From Octopus vulgaris (Eukaryota): a stretch of 64,000 nt of DNA. The notes under the pieces were generated by a model that made no database searches, had not been told where the DNA came from, and saw only the letters and a program-made list of their open reading frames with translations. Of the stretch, positions 1 to 11,754 are shown one piece after another. Within the stretch, counting starts at the first letter, position 1. Every line of letters starts with the position of its first letter. The translations under genes and the position numbers were made by a program. The stretch covers positions 50,654,001-50,718,000 of the forward strand of contig OX597818.1 in NCBI GenBank assembly GCA_951406725.2, written 5' to 3'.

Positions 1-345
1 TCTGTAACTGAATTTCAAACTATAATCATTATACACAAAATATAATGCAGAGAACGGTTTGTATTATCTTCTTTTTCTTTTTACTTGTTTGAGTCATTTT
101 GACTGCAGCCATGCTGGAGCACCACCTTTTTAGTCGAGCAAATCGACCCCGGGACTCATTCTTTGTAAGCCTAGTACTTATTCTAGCGGTCTCTTTTGCC
201 GAACCGCTAAGTTACGGGGACGTAAACACACCAGCATCGGTTGTCAAGCGATGTTAGGGGGAACACAGACACACATACACACACACCTACATACATACAT
301 ATACACACACACATACATACATACATACATACATATATACATACA

Positions 346-404
<59 letters not shown>

Positions 405-434
405 ATGTGTGTGTGTATATATATATATATGTAT

Positions 435-558
435 AAAAATACAAACTGGGACAAGAACGCAAAACATTTAGGAGACGATACAAAAAACACGGACGGGACA
501 TTCGAAGCCTTCAATCTTCAGTCAAGAACCGGATCATCCTCGCAATTTCGGCCGATTA
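435..558 (-). mobile_element. Short unclassified insertion in (TA)n, possibly a Penelope-like pLTR fragment
   Basis: Unique ~120 bp bounded by TA tracts on both sides. Minus strand has CGAAA and CTGAAGA motifs then a T-rich tail, but no complete ribozyme fold. Confidence 0.35.
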
Positions 559-596
559 TATATATATATATATATATATATTTATTTTATAGAAGG

Positions 597-647
597 AGCT
601 TCTACAGGACTAGAACTGTTTCATTCAAATGAAATCATCAGGAAGCT
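597..647 (-). ncRNA. Mirror-copy hammerhead ribozyme (minus strand)
   Basis: Exact reverse complement of 644-694, produced by the palindrome. Confidence 0.7.
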
Positions 648-694
648 TCCTGATGATTTCATTTGAATGAAACAGTTCTAGTCCTGTAGAAGCT
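644..694 (+). ncRNA. Minimal type I hammerhead ribozyme
   Basis: agcttc-CTGATGA-tttcatttgaat-GAAA-cag-ttctagtc-ctg-TA-gaagct. Stem I agcttc/gaagct, weak stem II ttc/gaa, stem III acag/ctgt, GUA cleavage triplet. Confidence 0.75.
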
Positions 695-776
695 CCTTCT
701 ATAAAATAAATTAATTTACTCTGCCATGTATTGAGTACCTTATTTACTGTGGTTAACCCCGACTCAACCCGGGACC

Positions 777-837
<61 letters not shown>

Positions 838-1075
838 GACGGGCTTTTAGTTTCATTCTACCAAATCCACTGACAAGGCTTTCGTCGGTCCGAGGCTATA
901 GTAGAAGACACCTGGCCAAAGTGCCACGCAGTGGGACTGAACTCGAAACCATGTGGTTCGTAAGCAAGCTACTTACCGCACAGTCACTCCTGCGCCTATG
1001 TTAAATGCTCTGAGTGTCTCCGAATAAGTCAAATATCAACAACATAATTCAAATGACCAAGTAGATCTGTAGAAT

Positions 1076-1466
1076 GGCGGAGTCGCAATGGCCCAGTGGA
1101 TTGGGCAGCGGACTGGCGGTCGTAGGATCGCGGTTTCGATTCCCAGACCGGGCGTTGTGAGTGTTTATTGAGCGAAAACACCTAAAGCTCCACGAGGCTC
1201 CGGCAGGGGATGGTGGTGATCCCTGCTGTACTCTTTCACCACAACTTTCTCTCACTCTTACTTCCTGTTTCTGTTGTACCTGTATTTCAAGAGGCCGGCC
1301 TTGTCACTCTCTGTGTCACGCTGAATATCCCCGAGAACAACGTTAAGGGCACACGTGTCTGTGGAGTGCTCAGCCACTTACACGTTAATTTCACGAGCAG
1401 GCTGTTCCGTTGATTCGGATCAACCGGAACCCTCGTCGTCGTAACCGACGGAGTGCTTCCAATCCA
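1076..1466 (+). mobile_element. SINE A, tail type 1
   Basis: Pol III A box TGGCCCAGTGG and B box GGTTTCGATTCC. 13-bp TSD agatctgtagaat at 1063-1075 and 1467-1479. Near-identical copies at 26876 and 37532. Confidence 0.9.
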
Positions 1467-2274
1467 AGATCTGTAGAATAGTCATCGACCAAAGTGACGG
1501 AGAATACATTTTATCATAGACTGCAAATGTTAGTAGTATAGCTTCTCATCATGACCTAAAATGAAGTGTAATTTCATTGTTTCTTTAAAGAAAGAAAATT
1601 ACCATAAATACATTTAATAGTCCCATCTCATTTCCTCTGCCATCTTACGTACTATAACTATTAGTACGAACATTGACTTATATCGAGTGGAGACTTCATT
1701 TTATAGAATGGAGATTGGCTTTTCATTTGATTTATTATCTTAGAGAGTCATTAATTTTAACAGACACATGCTCTTGCACGCGCGCGCATGTACACACACA
1801 CACACACACATACGCACGCACACATACAAATGACATACGTAAATGGTGCACAGATAAACTAGAATTCAAATTTTATAAATGTATATGAATATATACATAC
1901 ATACATATGTATATATACTACGTTCACCTCCACTTTTAACGTATTGTCAAGCACACACACATACATATGTACTTTATATATATATATATGTATATACTAG
2001 CAGTATCGCCCGGCGTTGCTCGGGTTGTAAGGGAAATAACTATATAAGCATTTTTAGAGAGTTATAGCCAAAAAGTAGCAAAAAAATGCATTAAAAATTG
2101 AAAAAAAATTAAGGTAAATTTTTCTTTAAATCGTTCACACATCGTAGATATTTTTAGAGAGTTACTTCCCTTATATAAAAGCGAAAAAAATGCATTAAAA
2201 TGGAAAAAATGATGGTAATTTTTTTTTAAATCGTAGACTCATCGTAGACGCGCGCTAATACCCAGAAGGGCTCG

Positions 2275-2753
2275 TTTGTTATTCTGGGTAACTTTCTGTA
2301 AAATTAACAAAAATTTTGTTCAAACAACGCTATAGAAAATGGGTTATTAGCTAATATTCAATTGGGTATACAACAAAATTTTACGATAGAATTTGTTATA
2401 CTGGGTAAAATTATTAAAATTTTGTTCAAACATCGCTATAGAAAATGGGTTATTAGCTAATATTCAATTGGGTATACAACAATATTTTACGATAGAATTT
2501 GTTATTCTGGGTAACTTTCTGTAAAATTATTAAAATTTTGTTCAAACATCGCTATAGAAAATGGGTTATTAGCTAATATTCAATTGGGTATACAACAAAA
2601 TTTTACGATAGAATTTGTTATTCTGGGTAACTTTCTGTAAAATTATTAAAATTTTGTTCAAACATCGCTATAGAAAATGGGTTATTAGCTAATATTCAAT
2701 TGGGTATACAACAAAATTTTACAATAGAATTTGTTATTCTGGGTAACTTTCTG
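2275..2753. repeat. ~116-bp minisatellite, ~4.2 copies, inside the Helitron
   Basis: Unit tttgttattctgggtaactttctgtaaaatt...ttttacgatagaa starts at 2275, 2392, 2498, 2614 and 2730. Copy 2 has a 10-bp deletion. Confidence 0.95.
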
Positions 2754-2849
2754 ATACCCATAATAATATTTATGGCAAAATAGGCCTTAATTTCATTTAA
2801 GGTTGTGAGAAATAACAAACTATCCTTTCTTTCGGTTTGTTTACGTTTA

Positions 2850-3040
2850 GCGTAATGATTTCAAATAGGCTCATTCGAAAAAGTAAATAGAAATAGTCTA
2901 AGGCTTTACTCTTCTGGGAAAGTCTGTGGCTTGGTCCAGTTTCTTCAGAAAACTCACTGAAAGAAACAGTTTTTAAATTTTCACTCCATTCAGGTACCAA
3001 TTCGTTTTCTTTATCGCTGTCGGATTCACTGTTTTCACTT
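2850..3040 (-). pseudogene. piggyBac-like transposase N-terminal fragment
   Basis: SENSESDSDKENELVPEW...FSEETGPSHRLSQKSKALDYFYLLFRMSLFEII resembles the acidic leader and the F..GP...DYF.LFF motif that precede the piggyBac catalytic domain. Confidence 0.6.
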
Positions 3041-3468
3041 TAATAGCTGCAAACTTGCAAAGACAAAGGAGGAGAAGGGTGATAGCGTCAGTGAAACAAT
3101 TCGCTCCCTTTGTGTGTGTGTGCGTTTGCGTGTGGTGTAAACCAGACTAAGAAAAGCATTTGACACACACACCAGAACGTGAGTTTTCTGTAAATTTTGC
3201 TTAATTGGAGTTTAAATTTTAAAAACTGGAGCTGGCATGACGCGATACATTGTACTCTTAAAAATGCCAGGTAAATTGTAATTGAAGAAATCCTATATTG
3301 TAGATTTGTATAACTCCCAAAGGGAGGCAGATAAAATCTGCCTTTTATAATAAGAGATATGTGTGTGTGTGTGTGTGTGTGTGTCTATATATATATATAT
3401 TATATATGTATGTATATATATACATATATATAGTATATGTATGTATATATACCTACATATATAGTATT

Positions 3469-3564
<96 letters not shown>

Positions 3565-3617
3565 GTATATATATATATATAAATAGACATACATATATAT
3601 ACACATACACATATGTC

Positions 3618-3810
3618 TCTCCACCATCACTTGATAACCGATGTTGGTGTGTTTACGTCCTCGTAATATAGCGGTTCGGCAAACGAGACTGATAGAACAA
3701 GTGCTAGGCTTACAAAGAATAAGTCCTGCGGTCGATTTGTTCGACTCAAGGCGGTGCTCCAGCATGGCCGCAGTCAAATGGCTGAAGCAAGTAAAGGAAT
3801 AAAAGAATAT
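3618..3810 (+). mobile_element. SINE B 3' half
   Basis: aaccgatgttggtgtgtttacgtcc...ggcggtgctccagcatggccgcagtcaaatggctgaagcaagtaaagg. Confidence 0.85.
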
Positions 3811-4142
3811 ATATATATATCTGCATACATACACCTATATATAAGCTATAAGTGTGCATATATGCACACACGAAAATTTACATAAACAAGCATGTATGTC
3901 AATAGCGAAAGAAATTGTTTCGCTTCGCAACAATTTAATCGGTTCACTGTTTCTACATCAATATGTGTCGTGTATCTGCATAACCAGGATTCTGCTTGAT
4001 ACGGCTGTATCCCAGTATATGTTAATTGAACTACCACCTTTCTATCCAGTCACAGACAAACACATACACACACACACATATATATATATAATATATATAC
4101 ATACATATATGTACATACTTACATATATATATATATATATAT

Positions 4143-4205
4143 ATAAACTTAGATAAAACTTAGATATGTTTCGACCAAAGATTGGTCCAGGCCATGTCGA
4201 ACTTA

Positions 4206-4208
<3 letters not shown>
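4143..4208 (-). mobile_element. Extreme 3' tail of a CR1-like LINE
   Basis: Stem-loop gaccaatctttggtc and a (tctaagttt)-type tail, matching the ends at 17700 and 53220. Confidence 0.7.
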
Positions 4209-4295
<87 letters not shown>

Positions 4296-4823
4296 TTAAA
4301 TCCTTAAATCCTTAAAAATGTTTTAGCCCGAAGGCAAACAAGATAAGTAACATAAAGAACAACTCGTCGTCAGTTGTCTACTCCACATTTCGAACAATTA
4401 TATACATATATTATATATATAAATAAGACAGACGCACGCATCTTGCGTCTGAAGTCCTTCAGGCTTAAATGCTGGACGGATACTCGACAGATACCCGCTC
4501 TATATCAGACTACAACCGATTTCTCAATGATATAGATAGATAATTCGAAATAGATATAAAGACAGATAGATATATTGAGAAAGAGTGAGAGAGAGAGAGA
4601 GAGTGACACAGTGAGACGGACACTGTGAGATAATAGCTAACTGCTTTACTGGTTCGGCATTTTATTTGGGAACCTGAAGTGAGGAAGTGAAAATTTGGCG
4701 TCAGTATGAAGTGCATATTCAAGGCACAATCAGCCGGAACGAATGATGCAAAGCAATCCGTACAACGTTGCAACGATTCGGCGAAATCGTTGAATACTCG
4801 TCTTCACTACATATGTGTGTGTG

Positions 4824-4897
<74 letters not shown>

Positions 4898-5644
4898 TTT
4901 AATCTGTATGTATGTGCGTACGTAAATGTACGTAGTGTAGTGATTAGTGTTCGACATATGATTGTAGTTTCCATTATGAGACGGACGGCACGTTTTCGTT
5001 CTTGTGAATAACACTTCCCCGCATATTATCCCAAATTCAAGACCAGATACATAACCTCATTCATTAAAGATATGTAGCAGTTATTAACTTTGCAATATTT
5101 TCACTGGTTAGAACACTCTTAGAGTGGATGTCTTCTTGACTTCCTTGACAAAAAAAACAACAAACAAACAAAAAAAAAAACCTGAGCTGCAATTCGTTTG
5201 CCAAGTTCAAAGTGGACGTCAAAAGGAAAGATAAAGACTACTCTGTTTTGTGGTCTATTACAATGGGAGCGGTAGACACTGTAATTCGCTCTTGGTCGAG
5301 GTTTAAAAAATTCTCAATTGTAATTTCAATTTAAGTATTAATAAAACATTCTTATCATTTTCACAAAAAAATCCTACATAATCAGTTTATCTAGGTCTAA
5401 TTGATATTTCTTGAACGGACTTATAGAGTTGGAGTTTTAGCTAGTAATCTTTTTATGCCCAGTAAAGATTCCTTTGTCTATCCGTCCTTTAGTTACTTAT
5501 AAATCTCCTTTTCAACTTATACAGATACCACTCTTCTATATTAGCGCAGTGACGATATGTAGCAGTTATTAATCTTGCAATATTTTCACTGGTTAGAACA
5601 CTCTTATAGTAGAACTTCTCAGGAGTGTGAATTTAGCAATTATA

Positions 5645-6152
5645 AAATAATAATAATGAAATTATTGTATACAGTGCTCAGGTGCACCACAACTTGTCAG
5701 AAAGTGCATATAAAGTACATGCAGTAATGTACAAATGTCTGGAAAGCGAACAATATATGAGTCAGATACATGCTTGTGTGTGTATGGAGGGGAGAAAATC
5801 AAGTGTAGTGTTAGCGAATCTCAGAAAGCATGGAAGTTTTGAAGGATGCAATGCTCCGACAACTAACAACTGATGCCGGCAGTTTGTTCCATGCTTCAGC
5901 AACTCTCAGCGTGAAAAAATGTTTCCTGAAGTCATGGGAGCTGTGCTGTTTTCTTACTTTGTAAATATGTCCACGTGTGTTAGATGGGTGGAGTTTGAAA
6001 AGGTGCTCAGAGTTATTGTTTGTACGATGGTTGATAATTTTATGGGTGTCTGCCAAGTCAGCTGCCAGACGTCGGAGTTTCAATGTGTCCATGCCCAGGG
6101 AAGTAAGGCGTTCAGGATATGGCAAATGCCTGATGGAGGGTATTCTTTTGGT
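5645..6152 (-). mobile_element. CR1/L2-group LINE 3' fragment
   Basis: TKRIPSIRHLPYPERLTSLGMDTLKLRRLAADL...TRGH.YK...FFTLRVAEAWNKLP, a typical C-terminus, followed by a 3' UTR and (TTA)n tail. Confidence 0.85.
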
Positions 6153-6504
6153 TATATATTGAATCAGAGAAGGTAATTTGACACAGCAGTAATCTACAAT
6201 TTATATCTACGGAAATATTTCAATGGACAATATTTGAAATTTATAATTCTAAGACGAAAAAAAAATTTAGAAGTATAGTTATTTGAAACTAGTGAACTTT
6301 AAGGTCTAAGATGAATGATTAACTGTTTCGTTAATTAATCGAGTAGTTCATTAATTAATTGACAAATTATGATGTGTAGAATCCGATATAGTGCGTTTTA
6401 GCTATTTGAAATGATCGTAACATGGAATAAAAGTGTGTAGAATCATAATATTCACATTTTGTGCCATTAGCACTCCACCACACATATATGTATATGTATG
6501 TATT

Positions 6505-6575
<71 letters not shown>

Positions 6576-6580
<5 letters not shown>

Positions 6581-6950
6581 CAGTGTGCATTTAAACACAA
6601 AAGAGATGACTATAATAGGACATCTGACTAGAAAGAGCAGTTAAACTCCAAACCACCAATAGTTGTAATTCTGAAAGAGAAAGAGAAACTATGCATAGTC
6701 CAGGAAAGATAGGGTAAACGTTTTTATTTCTCTTTCCCTTTCAGAATTACAACTATCGGTGGTTTGGAGTTTAACTGCTCTTTCTAGTGAGTCAGATGTC
6801 CTATTATGGTCATCTCTTATGTGTTCAAATGCACACTGTATTTTTCTATGAATAATATATAGTCTATTGACTATTCTTTCCTTCTCGCTAGACCACTAGT
6901 AGCGGAGAAATTTTCAAAATTTTTTTTTGCTACCCTAAGATTAATTAATT
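6576..6950 (+). mobile_element. Penelope-like pLTR fragment with ~113-bp inverted repeat
   Basis: Arms 6576-6688 and 6727-6843. The spacer starts with the hammerhead 3' half GAAACTATGCATAGTC. Flanked by TA/TG tracts. Confidence 0.55.
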
Positions 6951-6959
6951 ATATATGTA

Positions 6960-7011
<52 letters not shown>

Positions 7012-7578
7012 TACACATATAGCGCTATACAAAGGCTCCTATATGTACAAAAACGTACACGCATTTAGACACTTCCATGAATCCATACAAAGCAGCAACG
7101 CTATAAATACGACTACAATAAGAGATTCAAATTTATTTATATAGTACATGAAAAAAAACTGACAAAATATTTGCGCTCGAAATATATAACAAATAAATTA
7201 TGAAATAAAATAAAAAAATAAAAAATAAGATAATACACAAAATAGGCAATGTGTATATGATACACTTATATAGCATAAAGAAAAGGTTTATATATAATAT
7301 ACAAACAAGCGCTTCATAAAACATTTAATATATACAACATAAAAATAAAATATGTAAAATATATAAAATAAAAATATATTAAAAATATATAAAGTAGAAA
7401 TATATAAAATAAAACAGACGGTATATACCTACACACATACACACATACACCACACATACACACACATACATACACACATACTGACATATACACATATATA
7501 TACATACATTCATATGAGTGCGTAACTTTTTGTATATATATATACATATATTTGTGCATACATACATATATAGATACG

Positions 7579-7611
<33 letters not shown>

Positions 7612-7617
7612 ATACAT

Positions 7618-7663
<46 letters not shown>

Positions 7664-7747
7664 ATGTATATATATACCTAGGTATATATATATGTATATA
7701 TATATATACATATATATACATATATATATATACATATATATATACAT

Positions 7748-7798
<51 letters not shown>

Positions 7799-8198
7799 TT
7801 AAGTAAATATTAAAATGAAGAAAATAAAAAACGCTATTGAATGTAGGATGTATATCTATAATGTGTGTATGTGAGTGTATTTTTATGTAAGTACGGATGC
7901 ATGCATCTAAATGTGTAAGGCTGATTGTATATTTATATATCACAAAATACTGATACATGCTTTTGTATAAATATGCAAAAATGCACAAAAAATGTGTCCA
8001 TGTTTGTGTGTGTGTATGTGTGTATGCATGTGTATGTGTCCATGAGAGGCAGAGATTGTGTGTGTGAGAGTGTGTATGTCAGTGTGTGTGTGTGCCAATT
8101 TCTGTGAGTGTCCGTGTGTGTGTGTCCACACGTGTGTGCTTGAGTTTGCAAGTACTGTAGTCAAAATAAATAATCAAAAAATAAACGTATAACATAGG

Positions 8199-8266
<68 letters not shown>

Positions 8267-8357
8267 ATATATATATACATATATGTATATATATATACGT
8301 ATGTATACATATATGTATATGTATATATATGTATATATACACACATATATATATGTG

Positions 8358-8389
<32 letters not shown>

Positions 8390-8424
8390 TATGTATAATA
8401 TTTCATACATATATATGTATATGC

Positions 8425-8474
<50 letters not shown>

Positions 8475-8591
8475 GTGTATGTATATGTAATATATATAAG
8501 TATAAATGTATATATATATATTACATATGTATATATGTATATGTATATATATATGTGTGTATGTGTGTGTGTGTGTGTATGTGTGTGAGTG

Positions 8592-8625
<34 letters not shown>

Positions 8626-9384
8626 ATACTATGCAGTCAATATACACATTAGACTTAATAAAAACAATGCAATGAAACAATATTGAAATTAACGAAACTG
8701 GAAAATCTAGACTATAAAACAACATGTGCTAGCAAGTATATATAATATATATATATATATATATACATACCCAAATACCTGCCAACCTACATATATAGAC
8801 AGATACTAGTTGTAATATAGTATCTGAAGTGAACCAGAGAAGATTAAAATAACATTAATGGTTGAAAGAAAATTAAGGAAAGATAAATCTAATATACTGC
8901 AGGGGCTGCTTTTTGTAGGCTTTTATTTAGTTCATACTTTATCTTAACTTGTACGAGAGAATTGTTGCAAATAAAGCGATAGATAAATAAAGAGAAAAAA
9001 TCTAATATATACTATTGAAGATATTACAGAAAGAAATATAGATATGGTTCGAAGCAAAGAGAAAAGTTTCTCCTTAGAAGAGTGCCTTCTGGTGTAAATA
9101 GCAGCCAGTAAATCTTGGAAGATCGTTGAAATATAATAAAAGTAAAGGAGCAAATGTGTATGCAACTAAGTATATACATTCACACTCAAGGCACAACGCA
9201 CACTTACACGCACACACACTCGTACAGGCTTATATGTACACGCAACAAAAGTGCACAAAGAGGTATACACACACTCCGGCCCCACGTCCTCGCGTTGTTG
9301 TGTTTTTTTGTGCTTTCTTGTTTGGATTAACTTTATACACACACACACACTCACTCACACACACTCACTCACACACACACACAT

Positions 9385-9419
<35 letters not shown>

Positions 9420-9529
9420 CATATATATACACACAGATATATATTTATATATATATACGCACACATATATATACATATATATACATACATACATACATAC
9501 ATGCATACATACATACATACATACATACA

Positions 9530-9610
<81 letters not shown>

Positions 9611-9970
9611 CAGTGTACATTTAAACACATGAGGAATATATATATATATATATCGAGAGAGAGAGGGAAATATTATATTTCTAAATTTCTGAGAGAGAGT
9701 TATGCAGTAACAGCACAATAAAGTGATGGCTTCCCTCAGGAAAGGGAAGAATGTTACTGTTATTTAGCCCCAAGAAACATAATTTCTAGTTGGCTACGCG
9801 ACACAAGCGTTCTTCGAAAACATCAGGACACGGAATGGATATATCACATAGCCAAATAGGAATGGTATTTCTTGGGGCTAAAGAACAGTACCAATCTTCC
9901 CTTTCCTGGCACTGCCAGATTAAGTTGGCAACAACCTATCACTGTATATATATATATATATATATATATA

Positions 9971-10165
9971 GGGAGAATTCTCGAAAAAAAAAAGACCCTG
10001 ACAGGTGGAGTAGAAAACAAACAGATGTATTAGTATAACGCTCGGGAATTGAAAAGGTCTTTTACGTTTCGAGCCTACGCACTTCTACGGAAAGGAACAC
10101 AGAAAGAAACAAGGAGAGAAATAAGGAGAGAAAAAAATGTGTGTAGTGGCTACCGATCTATCATA
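9971..10165 (-). mobile_element. Penelope-like pLTR fragment with degenerate hammerhead
   Basis: Minus strand cttt-ccgtaga-a-gtgcgtaggctc-GAAA-cg-TA-aaag. Abuts (TA)n. Homologous to 53865-54035. Confidence 0.55.
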
Positions 10166-10242
10166 AACACACACACACACATACGCGTACACGCACAAAC
10201 ACACACACACACATATATATGTGTGTGTGTCAAAAGGACAAA

Positions 10243-10397
10243 CTTGTCATACTGTGTCATGCTCAATCTCTCTGAGGACTACGTTAAGGGTACACGTGTC
10301 TGTGAAGTGCTCAGCCACATACACGTTAATTTCACGAGCTGGTTGTTCCAAGGATCGGATGAACTGGATCCCTCGTTGTCGTAACCGATGGAGCGCC
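10243..10397 (+). mobile_element. SINE A tail 1 fragment
   Basis: ctacgttaagggtacacgtgtctgtg...gtcgtaaccgatggagcg matches the tail of 1076-1466. Confidence 0.8.
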
Positions 10398-10425
10398 ACG
10401 ATATATAGATATGAATATATGTATA

Positions 10426-10482
<57 letters not shown>

Positions 10483-11096
10483 CATAATATAATATAACCT
10501 CATACATGTATACATACATAATGAATACATACATACACACACACACATAGAATCGCATATACTCATATACACACAGAATTGCAAAATATTTACTCTTAAC
10601 AATGATACACAAAGGAATGTATATTTATATCTCAAAGACACGCATAAATACATTTATGCACACAACAAAGACATACTGACACTCACGCGTACACAGGGAT
10701 GCGCACACAACTCAACTGTGCAAGCAAATACAAGAACGCATGCACACACAAAACAATGAGAGACATTTACTCGTATACACGCGTAAGCGCACGTGGGAAC
10801 GTATAGGTGTGTAGAGGCCATGATGTATAGTTTATCATTGATCAGGTACAACAATAGTCGAAAGAAAAATCCAGGATCGTAGCTGTATTTGTTTTAAGCT
10901 TCAATTCAGCATGCAGAGAATCACGACAAGCAACATGGCTAGACATGATAAAAATATCAATAACATTGGCGAACAATTGAAGAATCACATCCGAAGAATC
11001 AAATAACATCTTATGTGATAAGCAATCGAAACGACAGTGGGCATATTTTGGAGCTATTTTTCTTAGTAATGTTTAAAGTCTTCTTCATCTTAATCA

Positions 11097-11395
11097 TTTT
11101 TGCCCCTTGTGGAGCATAGGGCCGGTTTCCCGCTTTCCCGGTTTTCTTGGCGTATAGATTACCCACCTGGACAGGACGCCGATCCGTCGCAGGTGAGCTG
11201 CAAGATGCAGGAGGAAAGAGTGAGAGAGAGTTGTGGCGAAAGAGTCAGCAGAAGTTCGCAAATAACTTCTGCCGGAGCCGCGTGGAGCTTAGGTGTTTCG
11301 CTCATAAACACACACATCGCCCGGTCTGAGATTCGAACCCGCGATCCCTCGATCGCGAATCCGCTGCTGTAACCACTAGACCATGTGCCTCCACT
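11097..11395 (-). mobile_element. SINE A, tail type 2
   Basis: Head gtggaggcacatggtctagtggtt, B box GGTTCGAATC, shared core, tail cacctgcgacggatcggcgtcctgtccaggtggg. Confidence 0.85.
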
Positions 11396-11399
11396 CGTA

Positions 11400-11682
11400 A
11401 AGAGGGACGACAAATCGCTAAGCATTTCGCCCGGCATGCTAATGTTTCTTATTTCTTAATTGCCCACAAGGGGCTAAACATAAAGGGGACAAATAGGGAC
11501 AGACAAACGGATTAAGTCGATTACGTCGACCCCAGTGCGTAACTGGTACTTAATTTATCGACCCCGAAAGGATGAAAGGCAAAGTCGACTTCGGCGGAAT
11601 TTGAACTCACAACGTAACGGCAGACGAAATGCCGCTAAGCATTTCGCCCGGCGTGCTAACGTTTCTGCCAGCTTGCCGCCTT
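11400..11682 (-). mobile_element. SINE C, full copy plus a partial second head
   Basis: aaggcggcaagctggcagaaacgttagcacgccgggcgaaatgcttagc...gagttcaaattccgccgaagtcgactttgcctttcatcctttcggggtcgat. Confidence 0.85.
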
Positions 11683-11754
11683 AATGTCTAAATTAATTGT
11701 TATAAAATATCAAAAAGATCCACAATTTGGTTCATTGAATGGAATGGAACTATG

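Larger units (their letters stand above)
581..780 (+). mobile_element. Penelope-like pLTR fragment with inverted partial copy (perfect palindrome 581-710)
   Basis: 65-bp arms, no spacer, centred on GGAAG|CTTCC. Contains a hammerhead core and is flanked by (TA)n on both sides. Confidence 0.7.
67..997 (-). mobile_element. SINE B (tRNA-like head, CORE-like box, internal microsatellite, LINE-like tail) with nested insertions
   Basis: Minus strand has head aggcgcaggagtgactgtgcggtaagtagc, a B-box-like GTTCAGTCCC, an internal (TA)/(TG) tract, and a 3' half ending ggtgctccagcatggctgcagtcaaaatgactcaaacaagtaaaaag. About 12 similar copies lie in the window. Confidence 0.85.
1997..3357 (-). mobile_element. 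Non-autonomous Helitron
   Basis: Minus strand begins a|TCTCTTATTATAAAAGG and ends with the hairpin cccgagcaacgccggg, then cgatactg, then CTAG|t. Inserted in an AT dinucleotide without TSD. Confidence 0.8.

Noticed and set aside
495-558. Complete hammerhead on the minus strand
   Set aside because: CGAAA and CTGAAGA are present but stems I-III cannot be paired in any topology. The same applies to 4355-4395 and 55380-55440.
2275-2753. CRISPR-like array
   Set aside because: Contiguous tandem units with no spacers, eukaryotic context, no cas genes.
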